A stretch of DNA of 64,000 nucleotides from a virus (IMGVR_UViG_3300026549_000039:82264-146263); one strand, 5' to 3'. Positions 18,027-28,700 are shown, counted from the stretch's first letter. Numbers and translations are program-made. Notes: generated by a model not told the origin, from the letters alone.

Positions 18027-18832
18027 TCCTTGGCAAGTATGCACGGTATAATCCGTTTGTTGGTCCAAATCTGTTTGTGTGTGTTAAAGGTACGCGAATA
18101 GTTGTGAGTGGCGGGAGTATTGTCTTGCTGTTGCAGTCTATGGACCTCGTAGACCCAAAACTTGATAATACCAAACCCGCTTCACTTTTACTGCAAGTCG
18201 ATGTTAGGAAAGTATATATGTTATATGCTAAGGAGGACAGCAAAAACAAAGAGTACAGGCAGAGCTTACTCTTAGCTGATCTTCAGGACCCTAATATGCA
18301 GCCTCATCTACGCTGGGTTATAGATACCACACTCAACTTTTTGTATAGGTCTATTCTATCTAAGAATAATACTTCTGTTATATCTGTTGGAGCTGATGAG
18401 TATAAGGTATCAATACCGAGGCTGATACATGCGTCTGACCTAACACCTCTGAGTCATAATGTTATAACCATTATTGACGAGATTACTGACGATATCAGTG
18501 GGCTGGATCAAGAGTGGCAGGTGGTACACAACTACTGCACTACTGGGCTGTATGCTAATGGCCTGTTGCAGATTGTTTCGGATCTATCAGGCATAGACCA
18601 GGACACAGTGGTAAAAGTACTTAGAAACACATCGCTGGCCCTGGTAGAGCTATCAACATTAGCACTATTATCTGGGGCATCGCAGATTAAAGTGAATGTA
18701 CCAATGCTTGGATATATGTGCAGCACAATAACAGCAGACGGTCCAAAAATTACCTGGGAGATGGCTAGGTCTATCGAGACTAGTGTGCATTCTAGGTTTA
18801 ACAGCAGCATTAAGGAACGCACAAAGGAGTAA
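17999..18832 (+). CDS. Hypothetical protein, possibly with a degenerate C-terminal HU-like domain
   Basis: LLQIVSDLSGIDQDTVVKVL...VNVPMLG. Confidence 0.5.
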   Translation: MHQDGEYNVILGKYARYNPFVGPNLFVCVKGTRIVVSGGSIVLLLQSMDLVDPKLDNTKPASLLLQVDVRKVYMLYAKEDSKNKEYRQSLLLADLQDPNMQPHLRWVIDTTLNFLYRSILSKNNTSVISVGADEYKVSIPRLIHASDLTPLSHNVITIIDEITDDISGLDQEWQVVHNYCTTGLYANGLLQIVSDLSGIDQDTVVKVLRNTSLALVELSTLALLSGASQIKVNVPMLGYMCSTITADGPKITWEMARSIETSVHSRFNSSIKERTKE

Positions 18833-20069
18833 GATATGGATGGCTAAGAAACAGAAAGACGTGACAGCAGCTTTACAGAATCGTCTTCTAAAAAAGATGG
18901 AAGCTGTTGGAGCAATAATGCCTTTCGAGCAGTCCATGGTGGCGAAACCAAAAACCTGGCTGACATCAGATTTCTTGAACCTCAACTGGGCTATGGGACA
19001 CGGTATACCATTTGGGTGCCTGTGGGAGCTAATAGGACAAGAAAGTTCTGGTAAAAGCTCAGTAGCATTAAGTTTAGCTGCGTCCCTACAGCGGACACAC
19101 AATGCCTTAGTGGTACCATATGATACAGAACGTATGGATGATTCTATGGTACACCGAACTGGGCTAGACTTATCCAAGGCTGCCATACCAGTACCAGAGG
19201 CTAGGGATAGTATCTCCAGTGTGGTGAACAACATGATGGAGATGATCCAGACAATACAAGAGGCAGAGGAAGAAGGTGATTACGACGCAGATGGCCCGGT
19301 TCCTGTTATAATGATCTGGGACAGTATAGCTGCTACACCTACACAGACTGTTAAGCAGGCTATGGCTAACAAGCGCGATAATGTTGATATGGGTATCACT
19401 GTGGAACAGATGAGTGCTACTGCTGCTCAGCTTACAGTCGCCCTGAAGAACCTTCATCCCGCTATTGTAAAGTCGAATATACTAGCTATCTTTATAAACC
19501 AGATGCGAGTTACTATCAACAACAAGCCAACATGGGGTGGACCCACAGAGCATTCTGGAGGTGGACGGGCTCTCAAACATGCAGCAAATATCAGGGGCAA
19601 GCTCAGATACGAAAACATGTACAAGGAGTACAACAGCAATAAGAGAGACTTGCTGAACGGCAACCAGCAAATTGGTATCACATCTACCTTAGAGATAATT
19701 AAGAACAAGCTGGCTGCACCGTTCAAAAAGATCCAGTTCATTAACCTGTTCCAGACTGGTATTGACATATACACGTCAGCTATCCTACATGCAATATTCG
19801 ATCTGGAAGATGCAGAGGTTCTACCAAGACCTATAAGGGGTAGGATCGAGTGGGGTGGAAAAAAGATGCTGTTTTCTCAGTTTGCTGACGCTATAAAGAA
19901 TGACCAGTCAGCCTGGGAAGACTTGAAAGAGCGAATTATTCAGGCTCAAAAGGATCTTGATTCCAACATAACACCAGACGATTTGTCAGCTCTACAGAGG
20001 CAAGCTGATAAGTTAGAACAGGAAGAAACTGGTACCTCTGATGAGAATGATGAGGGAGATGATGAGTAA
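18783..20069 (+). CDS. recA: RecA/UvsX recombinase (start probably 18840)
   Basis: Walker A GQESSGKS, IWDSIAA, FINQMR, GGRALKH, IKNKLAAPF. Confidence 0.9.
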   Translation: MCILGLTAALRNAQRSKIWMAKKQKDVTAALQNRLLKKMEAVGAIMPFEQSMVAKPKTWLTSDFLNLNWAMGHGIPFGCLWELIGQESSGKSSVALSLAASLQRTHNALVVPYDTERMDDSMVHRTGLDLSKAAIPVPEARDSISSVVNNMMEMIQTIQEAEEEGDYDADGPVPVIMIWDSIAATPTQTVKQAMANKRDNVDMGITVEQMSATAAQLTVALKNLHPAIVKSNILAIFINQMRVTINNKPTWGGPTEHSGGGRALKHAANIRGKLRYENMYKEYNSNKRDLLNGNQQIGITSTLEIIKNKLAAPFKKIQFINLFQTGIDIYTSAILHAIFDLEDAEVLPRPIRGRIEWGGKKMLFSQFADAIKNDQSAWEDLKERIIQAQKDLDSNITPDDLSALQRQADKLEQEETGTSDENDEGDDE

Positions 20070-20156
20070 CCATGGCTAGGTTTAGATCGCATGATTCACA
20101 CCGTAATGATGACTATTGGATGGATCAGTACGATGCTCAGGATATGCTATTAGCCA

Positions 20157-20666
20157 GTGGTTACTACATGGAAGGTAGCGCACGATATAGAGAGGAGCTT
20201 TATGATGCAGGTTACGAAACAGGAAACATATACTAAACTTGCTGGTTTGGACTTGTTCTATGATGTAGTAAAGAAGTTTCACATTGCAGGCGGTCACCCA
20301 GCTGGAGAAATTACACAAGCATTGTCTGGGGATGAGAAAGCTCGCAGGATTGCCTGGATGCAGGAAGAACTTAACGAGTTTGCCAACTCTAAGTGCCTGG
20401 TTGACCAGTGCGATGCGATGGGCGACCTACTCTGGTTTGTGGTTGGTACAATGGTGTGCATGGGTGTTGAGCCCAGCGACATACTTGGTCCAATTACAAC
20501 AGCCAATATGTCTAAGATTGGCGAGGATGGCAAGGTGAAGTACAGAGCCTCCGATGGTAAAATACAGAAGCCTGATGGTTGGGTTCCTCCAGAGGAGGAA
20601 ATCGCCGCAAACTTGCGCAAAAGATACAGAGTTGACGACCCGTACCAGATGGTACTCGACCTCTAG
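20157..20666 (+). CDS. MazG/PRA-PH-like nucleotide pyrophosphohydrolase
   Basis: EELNEF...DAMGDLLW...ANMSK...DGKIQKPDGW. Confidence 0.82.
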   Translation: MVTTWKVAHDIERSFMMQVTKQETYTKLAGLDLFYDVVKKFHIAGGHPAGEITQALSGDEKARRIAWMQEELNEFANSKCLVDQCDAMGDLLWFVVGTMVCMGVEPSDILGPITTANMSKIGEDGKVKYRASDGKIQKPDGWVPPEEEIAANLRKRYRVDDPYQMVLDL

Positions 20667-20690
20667 TATGTGATTGGAGGGATGATTTAA

Positions 20691-20858
20691 ATGCCTACCA
20701 AAGATAAGGTAAAGGCTGTACTGAGTGTTAGGATTCTACCTGAAGATATGGAAGATGCCAAGAGGCTATCGGAGCTCCACCAGCGCTCTATATCTGGTGA
20801 GATTCGTTATCTTATCAAGAAAGAGATTGCCGAGGTTTTTGGGGAGGGTGCAAAATGA
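20691..20858 (+). CDS. Arc-like ribbon-helix-helix protein, 55 aa
   Basis: LSVRILPEDMEDAKRLSELHQRSISGEIRYLI; GGAGG RBS; ATGA overlap with the next gene; not in the ORF track. Confidence 0.65.
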   Translation: MPTKDKVKAVLSVRILPEDMEDAKRLSELHQRSISGEIRYLIKKEIAEVFGEGAK

Positions 20859-21475
20859 AACCACAGTCTGGCCTGATTTCAAGATGGGCCAACTATGGGT
20901 ACGACAGGGACTCTTGGCAAGAGTCCCTGTTGGACTTTATAGGGTTTGTATCGGACCCGTCTGATGTAAACACACCATTACCCGAAGCAGGTATGGCATG
21001 TGTAGTAGGACAAAATCCACAAGGTATACTATCACGGTATGAATATGGTGATGTGCTGTTCCATAGTACTGACCCAGATGAGTATTTCATCAGGAAACCT
21101 GATGAGGTTCGGGTTTTGCTAGATAGGAATACCAGAGAGATATGGCTGTGGAACTTCACACATGAAGTGTGGTACGTGGCTGGTTTGATTGACAATTCAG
21201 AGCTGGTTGAGAAAAGGATACTATTAACCAGCCAGGTTTTAGATGCAAGGCGTATAGAGCTTGCCCAACCTGTGCTAGATATGCCCCCTTTGGTTCACCT
21301 AATGGGATGTGGGACTCTAACCATTGATGTAAACTTCTGGATGCCAGATAACAGCACCATAACCTTTGAACCTACAGCTGGTCCACAGTCACTGATAAAC
21401 TTCAACTTAACTGCTGGTGTGGACATATTAAGAGTAAGGTACCATAGCCCTAGTGTTTTGAAGATTGGGGGTTAG
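20855..21475 (+). CDS. Hypothetical, possibly virion-associated protein
   Basis: Beta-rich C-terminus resembling the C-terminus of the next ORF. Confidence 0.55.
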   Translation: MKPQSGLISRWANYGYDRDSWQESLLDFIGFVSDPSDVNTPLPEAGMACVVGQNPQGILSRYEYGDVLFHSTDPDEYFIRKPDEVRVLLDRNTREIWLWNFTHEVWYVAGLIDNSELVEKRILLTSQVLDARRIELAQPVLDMPPLVHLMGCGTLTIDVNFWMPDNSTITFEPTAGPQSLINFNLTAGVDILRVRYHSPSVLKIGG

Positions 21476-21477
21476 AT

Positions 21478-22257
21478 TTGATGCTAAAGGCACACGGGTA
21501 CACACCAACTATAATTTGGGTCAAAGCTGGATCCGATGTTGATAAGCACCGTGCTGTTATACTTACTGATGAATCCTTAATATTTCCTGCTCAGGAAACC
21601 GGATCACAAGCAATAGGATTCACACTCAAACCAGTGGTAGCTGATGAGTACGTAGCTGTGCAAACCGAAGGTATCATATATGAGTGGGAAGGGGATCCAG
21701 CAAATCTAGGAGCAAGCACCGTATACTATCAGGGGCCTGATGGAACATTACTGGATTCACCAACAGGTAGTGGCGACCCTCTAGTTGTAGGGTTTGCTGT
21801 TGACTCTACTACGCTCCATATCAGGATTGGCAGTTCAGGAGGTATTGCTTCAGGGTCCGTAAAGATGGTAACTCACTATCTAAAGGTTACCGTTGATCAG
21901 ATTGCTGCCAAAGTGATACCCTTACCTGATGGAGTTAAGAAAGGTCAGGTTGAAGACCTAGTATTATATGGTGGAGACATCCATCTGGTGGAGTCTGTAG
22001 ACTATGTTCTTGAAGATCAAGAGCATGATGGTAGCACAGTAAATATATTAGATGGCAACAATGATACCGATGGCGTTGTAGATGCCATCTACCTAAATAC
22101 TGATGTTATATCAGGCACACCAGGTAGCAGTGGTGATACAGTAATGCAGGCATCCATAGTATGGCAGGCAGCAAAGCTGGATCCTGCAAGCATTAGTATA
22201 CTTGAGCGCTTAAAACCAGGGGATTTAATAACCGTCAAGCAGGTCATACGAACATAG
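21478..22257 (+). CDS. Protein with capsid cement/decoration-like domain
   Basis: AIGF...VAVQTEG...TVYYQGPDG...VGFAVDST; paralogous to a domain in 32671-34875. Confidence 0.55.
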   Translation: MMLKAHGYTPTIIWVKAGSDVDKHRAVILTDESLIFPAQETGSQAIGFTLKPVVADEYVAVQTEGIIYEWEGDPANLGASTVYYQGPDGTLLDSPTGSGDPLVVGFAVDSTTLHIRIGSSGGIASGSVKMVTHYLKVTVDQIAAKVIPLPDGVKKGQVEDLVLYGGDIHLVESVDYVLEDQEHDGSTVNILDGNNDTDGVVDAIYLNTDVISGTPGSSGDTVMQASIVWQAAKLDPASISILERLKPGDLITVKQVIRT

Positions 22258-22273
22258 AAGGAGGTAATTTATT

Positions 22274-24091
22274 ATGCCGATAGCATGTCCCATGAAAATT
22301 ATGGTTACTGTTCCTGATAAAGCTGCTCAGTTTGCTTTGCAAGCAAAAGGTGCAGAAGGTCTCCACTGGCTGGAAGACTCTACAGGTAACCCTGTTGTAG
22401 CTAAGCAAGACGGATCCTATTGGTATGCGAAGTGGGATAGCAATAAGCAAAAATTTGAGCCCGATGAACAGTTTACCTGGGAATCTAGGAAGCGTAGCCT
22501 TAAACGCAGAGGTGGTCATATAACAAGGCAGCAGACCCAACAGCATATGCAAAGCTGGACTGAGAGAATGATCGAGGGTGGTGAAGATTTTCGTAGAAAG
22601 TTCGGCATTGGGTCACCAAGATCACTAAATAAGGCCCCAATATTAAGAACACCGGGCTCACCACCACCAGCAGGGAGCATTAAACGGAAGATATCTGTTG
22701 TCTATGTTAAGTTCCAGGATAGTGCTAGTCTTAGCATAGCAGATATAACAGACGCATATATACAGGATGTATTCTTCAATAAATCAAGGTTTGGATCACT
22801 AGCCCATTACTATCACACTCAAACCCAGGGGATCATAAGCATAGAGAGTGCTGGTATATATAGAGTAACACTAAATAGTAATGCCATTGGCCTGGCAGGC
22901 GATACACTTACATCGGCAGATAATGTGAATGTTAAGACAGATTGGATAGATGCTGCTGTTGCACAGGCGCTGACGGTTGGTATGCCAACACCAGAACCTA
23001 CTGGTGGGCCCATATGTCTTCTGCATGGGTATGAATCATCCTATGGCAATGCTGACCCAAGACTACCGACACCAAGAGTCTGGGGTCATGCTTACTTCTC
23101 CGGCTCATCCATGTTTGGTGCTTATCATTATGACCTAAACACAGGAACAGCAACTCCATTTAATAATGGTATTGTTATACATGAGTGTGGTCATTGCTTA
23201 TTTGAGCTGCTAGATTTATATGATATAACACCGAGATCTGCTACACAACAACCCGACACTAAAGGATTAGGACATTGGTCTGTAATGGCAAGTGGTAGCT
23301 GGGGCTACTCAGCTGCCAATCCAAAACAAGGAGATGTACCAACAGGCCTGGATGCTTACAGTCTGTTTCAGATTAACCCTCTCATACTAGACCTAGATGA
23401 CGCTTCTGGATCTGTACAGCATACCAGTCCATATACACCTCATCTGATTAAGGGTAGGCGTGCGGAACAGGGATCACAGAAGGTTGATGAACTTGTATTT
23501 ACACAGGTGCGATGCTTTAAGGACTATGACGTTGGTATCCCTGATATGTTTGGTGGGACTGCTACACCTGGTATACTGGTTGAAGCACTCAACACTGACA
23601 GGTCCAATGTTCGTGGCTATGATGCACCCATAGCTATACTAGAGGCGCATGGGGGTACACAAAATCTACGGACTACTACTAAAGCAAACCAGAATGATGG
23701 CGATCTTGGAGACCTATTTGGTCCGACCAAAACGAGTGTTGGAAAGAGTGTAAGTGACCCTAGTGTGGAAATGGGTACCAACTTCGATATCGGATACCCA
23801 AGCCCGACTTGGACCGTAAGTGGTACAGACTGTGGTTTTGATATTGTAAACATAACAGCTGACTCTAGTTGTACGGGTAGCTATGAGATAACTTTTGATG
23901 GTACACATGACCAGGATGCCTACTATGTTGATGCCCGTGGACGCTACCAAAAAGCATCATGGGGATCTGGTGGAGGAGGTGGTGAACCAGAACCGGAGCC
24001 AGAGCCTGAGCCAACCCCACCTATACCAGCAAAGTGTGATCGACCTAGAATGTACCGACTGAGAGCTGCTACAGTTGTCACACCACCTTAA
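22274..24091 (+). CDS. M6-family (immune inhibitor A-like) zinc metalloprotease without signal peptide
   Basis: HECGHCLFELLDLYD zinc motif, GLGHWSVMASGSW Met-turn, M6 propeptide-like N-terminus, GGGG-(EP)n linker. Confidence 0.85.
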   Translation: MPIACPMKIMVTVPDKAAQFALQAKGAEGLHWLEDSTGNPVVAKQDGSYWYAKWDSNKQKFEPDEQFTWESRKRSLKRRGGHITRQQTQQHMQSWTERMIEGGEDFRRKFGIGSPRSLNKAPILRTPGSPPPAGSIKRKISVVYVKFQDSASLSIADITDAYIQDVFFNKSRFGSLAHYYHTQTQGIISIESAGIYRVTLNSNAIGLAGDTLTSADNVNVKTDWIDAAVAQALTVGMPTPEPTGGPICLLHGYESSYGNADPRLPTPRVWGHAYFSGSSMFGAYHYDLNTGTATPFNNGIVIHECGHCLFELLDLYDITPRSATQQPDTKGLGHWSVMASGSWGYSAANPKQGDVPTGLDAYSLFQINPLILDLDDASGSVQHTSPYTPHLIKGRRAEQGSQKVDELVFTQVRCFKDYDVGIPDMFGGTATPGILVEALNTDRSNVRGYDAPIAILEAHGGTQNLRTTTKANQNDGDLGDLFGPTKTSVGKSVSDPSVEMGTNFDIGYPSPTWTVSGTDCGFDIVNITADSSCTGSYEITFDGTHDQDAYYVDARGRYQKASWGSGGGGGEPEPEPEPEPTPPIPAKCDRPRMYRLRAATVVTPP

Positions 24092-24097
24092 ATAACG

Positions 24098-24138
24098 AAA
24101 AAAGAAGCACCGGCATGGGAGAAACCGGTGCTTCTTTT
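24098..24138. terminator. Bidirectional intrinsic terminator
   Basis: A6-GAAGCACCGG-11 nt-CCGGTGCTTC-T4. Confidence 0.8.
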
Positions 24139-24232
24139 AATGCGCGGCGGGAGCGCATGTCACAGAGTTTTGTAATGAAGAGAACGATAACTAGAAATGG
24201 GAACCTTGGTCAATACACGCCAACACTCGATA
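24098..24232 (-). ncRNA. Putative ~135-nt small RNA
   Basis: Perfect promoter directly upstream, no credible ORF, intrinsic terminator, hairpin loops containing UCCC. Confidence 0.6.
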
Positions 24233-24267
24233 GTAAGTATTATACTTACCTTAGTCTCAAATGTCAA
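24233..24267 (-). promoter_or_regulatory. Consensus sigma70 promoter with operator
   Basis: TTGACA(24267-24262)-17-TATAAT(24244-24239); GTAAGTATAATACTTAC identical to the 12653 site. Confidence 0.8.
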
Positions 24268-24892
24268 CAGGCTGAGTGATGTCTGTAAAGAATATGCCAG
24301 CCCTACCGGACAGCTTCTGGAAACAAAGAGCCATTACCCTTCTTATATCAGGGTGTGCATGAGGATTCTCCATACGCTGCTTGAGGATGTGCCTCCACTG
24401 CCGGACGTTGTGGGTGACAACCATATTAACTGCAAGCGCTTGTGGCAGCACAGCACGAGCAATCTGTGGTTTGACTCCAGCAGCTACCATTTCTTTGTAG
24501 GCCTGTATCGCATCCTCTATAGCATCCATCATCCTAATGCGGTCGTCGCCGTCTATACCACTAGGAAGAATACACTCCACTTCTTTACCAGCGTAGTTGA
24601 CATACCTAGTGCTCTCTACAGAGTAAGCAGAGCCGATGCGGTGCCTGGTCCACTCAGCCAACAAACCCCTGTCTATACGCACTTCCATAGTGTACGAGAC
24701 ATGCTCCAAAACAGACTCATGACCGTTCGCAATCAGGTTGGATATGAACTTCTCCTTATGTTCAATATCATTCACAGCTGAGCCGTGCGACTGGTAGCAG
24801 GTTCGGCCTGCATAGTTGATGGTGTCAATAGCTTCCATGTACGTCATAGGATGAATCAAATCAGCGGCATACTCTACAAAGTGAACAGACAT
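24257..24892 (-). CDS. thyX: FAD-dependent thymidylate synthase
   Basis: GHESVLEH, RHRIGSAYSVESTRY, ARAVLP. Confidence 0.93.
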   Translation of the reverse strand: MSVHFVEYAADLIHPMTYMEAIDTINYAGRTCYQSHGSAVNDIEHKEKFISNLIANGHESVLEHVSYTMEVRIDRGLLAEWTRHRIGSAYSVESTRYVNYAGKEVECILPSGIDGDDRIRMMDAIEDAIQAYKEMVAAGVKPQIARAVLPQALAVNMVVTHNVRQWRHILKQRMENPHAHPDIRRVMALCFQKLSGRAGIFFTDITQPVDI

Positions 24893-24911
24893 ATGATGGC
24901 CTCCTATAATA

Positions 24912-24939
24912 GTAAGATGTATGCTTACATATTATAGCA
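24912..24939 (-). promoter_or_regulatory. thyX extended -10 promoter with downstream operator
   Basis: TGCTATAAT then GTAAGCATACATCTTAC, then GGAGG RBS. Confidence 0.65.
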
Positions 24940-24973
24940 CAGCAGGGCTTTTTATAGCCCTGCTGTTTTAATG

Positions 24974-25768
24974 CTAAATGATATGCTGTGTAGCTGGGTA
25001 TGCTCGTATGTAGAGCTTTGCCTCAGATTCACCAAGGTTTATAGATACCATTTTAGGTCCAGGACCAAGCATCCAGCCTGTTAATGTGTGAGTTCTAGCA
25101 TTCCAGCTCATAGATGAATCCATTCCACTGATACCCTTTATTTCAGCTCCATCAGAAACAGCCAATCTAAGCGTGTATACTGAGTTAGGGTTCACCGTGA
25201 CATCAATCTCAGAAATGCCACCAACAACAATCACATCTGGATCCTCTCCAGGGTCAACGGGTGGATCTGGTGGGTCGGACGGGTCGCTTGGATCAAGCCC
25301 TCCATTATCGCCATCCTGTTCAATAATGATGGATATATTCGCCGACACCGTAGTTCTTATGTAGCCGAACTCCTCAACATTACCAACAAGGCCAGGCCAT
25401 TGGATATCTATTTCATCCATAGCATTATTTGACCCTAGTTCACGATTCATGCGACCCTTGTTGTTAGGATCGTATCGATAGGCCAACCCAAGTCTCCTGT
25501 CATCCTCAACGACCACATCCACAGTAAGGGGTGAGCCGTCTAACGCCTCTAATGGATCATAACCTTCAGTAATATCCATAGTAGCCTGAACAGTAGTAGC
25601 CAACTTGTGGGCATCATAGTCATTACCAGGTTCTACCAGAAGAGTTATGACTTGATCCACATCGTCAATGTGGTGGTTAGACAGGCTCTTATCTAGGAGG
25701 AACATGGTATCCTCGGCAATCTGATGAGCCCCATTTCCAAGCGATAACCTACTTATCAAACTCGCCAT
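24974..25768 (-). CDS. Tail-associated protein with Pro/Asp linker and Ig-like C-terminus
   Basis: DPSDPSDPPDPPVDP linker; last gene of the tail operon. Confidence 0.55.
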   Translation of the reverse strand: MASLISRLSLGNGAHQIAEDTMFLLDKSLSNHHIDDVDQVITLLVEPGNDYDAHKLATTVQATMDITEGYDPLEALDGSPLTVDVVVEDDRRLGLAYRYDPNNKGRMNRELGSNNAMDEIDIQWPGLVGNVEEFGYIRTTVSANISIIIEQDGDNGGLDPSDPSDPPDPPVDPGEDPDVIVVGGISEIDVTVNPNSVYTLRLAVSDGAEIKGISGMDSSMSWNARTHTLTGWMLGPGPKMVSINLGESEAKLYIRAYPATQHII

Positions 25769-25786
25769 AGAGCTCTAGCCTCCCCT

Positions 25787-28700
25787 CTACTTCAATAGGG
25801 TAGCTACAACACTAACACGATCAGGACCAGATGCTCTAAACTCCAGCTCTGTATCAGCTCCAGCAGTCGTGGTTACTGTTATAGTATCTTCACCATTCGA
25901 CACAAACTTAGCACTTCCACCTGTTAAGGTCAGCTTAACTTCTCTGGAAACACGCTTATCTGCGTCTTCAGCCATTGGATTCTCCACCCAGGTTGACAGT
26001 TTCAGCAGTAGGGGCGTTCCGTCATACTCCACAGCACTCTCCTGGAATTTGACATGAACTGTTTCCGCCGAGAAACTAGAATGGACACACAACGCACAGT
26101 AACCGTCTGGCTCTCCTGTTACCTCTACTGGATTATGAGCACTGGCTATGTTGGATGCTGTATTAGTCCAATACCAAATGTTCTTGCCTGAATCCAGAAC
26201 ACTACCAAGGATACTGTTGTTGTTAGGAGCAGCTAACGTCCTAGTGATTTCCATCTTTTGCGATAGCGGGTTCAGCTTACGTACTACAATGGACTGAGAA
26301 TGTACAGTCGCTAGAGATGAATCCGACAACCACAAATTAGCAACAGGTGCATACACGTCGCTGGCCGTGTGAACAAGAGCTTCACCCGATTTTATCTTGA
26401 ACAAAGACTGATCAGATTGGGTGGATGATGTCAGCGATACAGCTTTGGTATTCAACAGCCAGTACTCAGTAAGCTCAGTCCATGGTATTGTAGGCTTATA
26501 GAAGATTACCCTAAAATACCTGTAAATACCTGGTGTAGACAGCATCACACGTTTACGGTACAAATCCTGCATATCCCATGTTAAATCCTGGGCCTCATAA
26601 ACGGTCGCCCATGTTTCCTTATCAGTAGAACCCTCAATCTTTATATGATTGGGTAACTCGTCATCCTCCATAGAGGGGTTAAGAGCTATTACCATAGACT
26701 GAGTATAGAGAGGCACAACCTGGTCTACGATAATATCAACGCGATCCGAATCACTATAAAGTAACGAGACAGCCTTAGAAATACCTGTCCAAGCAACGTG
26801 ATCATGAGTAAATAGCCCTCTAATTATAGTACCAGATTCCACTTCTGCATTAGAACTATACTTCACCATGCCGTTTCTTGGTACAATGGTATGGATATAA
26901 GGACAATCCTCATCTACTCCTGTTATAAATGTATCTATAGACAGGAGGTTCAAACCGCCATCAGACGTTTCAAGGAACTCCCATTTGTAGTACACATACC
27001 AATCAGGAGTATCAACAGTGAACTCTACTACCGTTTCAGTAGACATCCAAGTTGTTTTTTCCTTCTCATCAATCAACGTCCAGGTCTGCCCATCAACTGA
27101 GCCATATACTTTCCACCTGTAAGGAAGACCAAGGGTTGCAGCCTTGTAGTTTGATCTGATAAATGAGTAGGCAACTATCTTAACCCTATCAGCGTACACA
27201 GCTTTACGGAATTGCTGGTCTTCCACAGTGAAGGTACCATTAGCGTAATCGGCTAAGGGTCTTTCACCGTCGAGCCCCAAATTAGCCCTACGACTCAACA
27301 TCCCTTTCCAAGAAGCCATAAGTGTTACAGACTTGTCTTGGGTAATATAACCAGCACTACATATAACATCCTGTGTTAGTGTCCCGTTGCTGGGCAGATA
27401 GCCTGATGCAAAATACCCACAGTTAAGGGTACCATGAGCGTCAAATCCTCCCCAAGTGAAACCTGTTGGCGTTTCACCGTATGTTGCTGGAGCATGTGTA
27501 AGCCATGGATCCCAAAATCCTGAGCTTACCCATCTGGACGGGTCGTCAAACATGGCCGTGGTAGTGTAGCTCCACAAGGTACTCTTGCTATTTGCAAAGT
27601 AGTGCTTATCCAACACAGACTGCATAGGCATAGCAGTCTTGGCAAACTCAGGATTACGCTTCTGGATAGCACTAAAATTCTGTACTGTCCACATACGCTT
27701 CTGATTGCTGCTTCCACTACCTACTGCGCTCCCACCACAAGTAGCACGGAAAAATCTATATGTCCTTGGGGCGTCAAACTCATATAAGTAGGTTTTACTC
27801 CAAACGGGAGTTGGACTGACATAACTACTTTCCAACCCAGGCAGATGATTAAGCGGTATTGTAGCAATCGTATCCCAATTAGAGTTGTCAATGCTTGCAG
27901 TAATTATCACACTTGATGGTACACCTGACCCATAACCGGATGATGGATTAACTCTGATACCAAGCATTGTAAACTGCAAACCTATCACTTCAATAGCTTG
28001 ATTGAAAGTGAGGCTCATGTACAGTGCATTTGATAGACCACTAGCAGAGGAATACATATAAACCCCATTATTGAAATATGGCAGTGTGGTAGAATCCTGA
28101 TTCTCATTGTAGCATGGAGGAACATGAGCACATGTTCTAGGACCAACAATCGACAAACACGCCGGAGGTATTGGAAAGTAGCTAGTACTGCTGTTAAAGC
28201 ATTGTATGGACTTAGGTGAAGACGCATAAACACCATTAGTGGCACTACTAATACCTGCTGCACCATAACTGTATGCAGGCTTAGAGCCACTGTACAAATG
28301 AGTAGCTTCTGGAACCTGAGCTTGCTTCCAAGGCCAAGGCTCTTCTTGAATCATCCAAGACCCAACTACAATATCAGTACCATTTGCAGAATCTGTAAAC
28401 GTTATCCTAAACGCATGAGCTCCCTGCGGGCATTTTACTCTCATATCCTTCAGGATAAAATAGTTACGGTACTGCTTATATTCAGCACACCCATTAGATT
28501 GATTAAGCGTATACAGACCAGCAGCACAATAATCTCCCCGCACAAACCTAGGCGGATAGGACAATGCTACATTCTCTTGCCTATCAACCTCAATCCATGT
28601 ATCCGTTGCCACATCATGTGCTTCGATATACCACGATATTGGCGCTGCATCTCTATGGACAGGATGTGGGTTTATTGAATATGACACAGCATAAATGGGG

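Noticed and set aside
24197-24781. 194-aa + strand ORF
   Set aside because: Antisense to a clear thyX and overlaps the sRNA promoter
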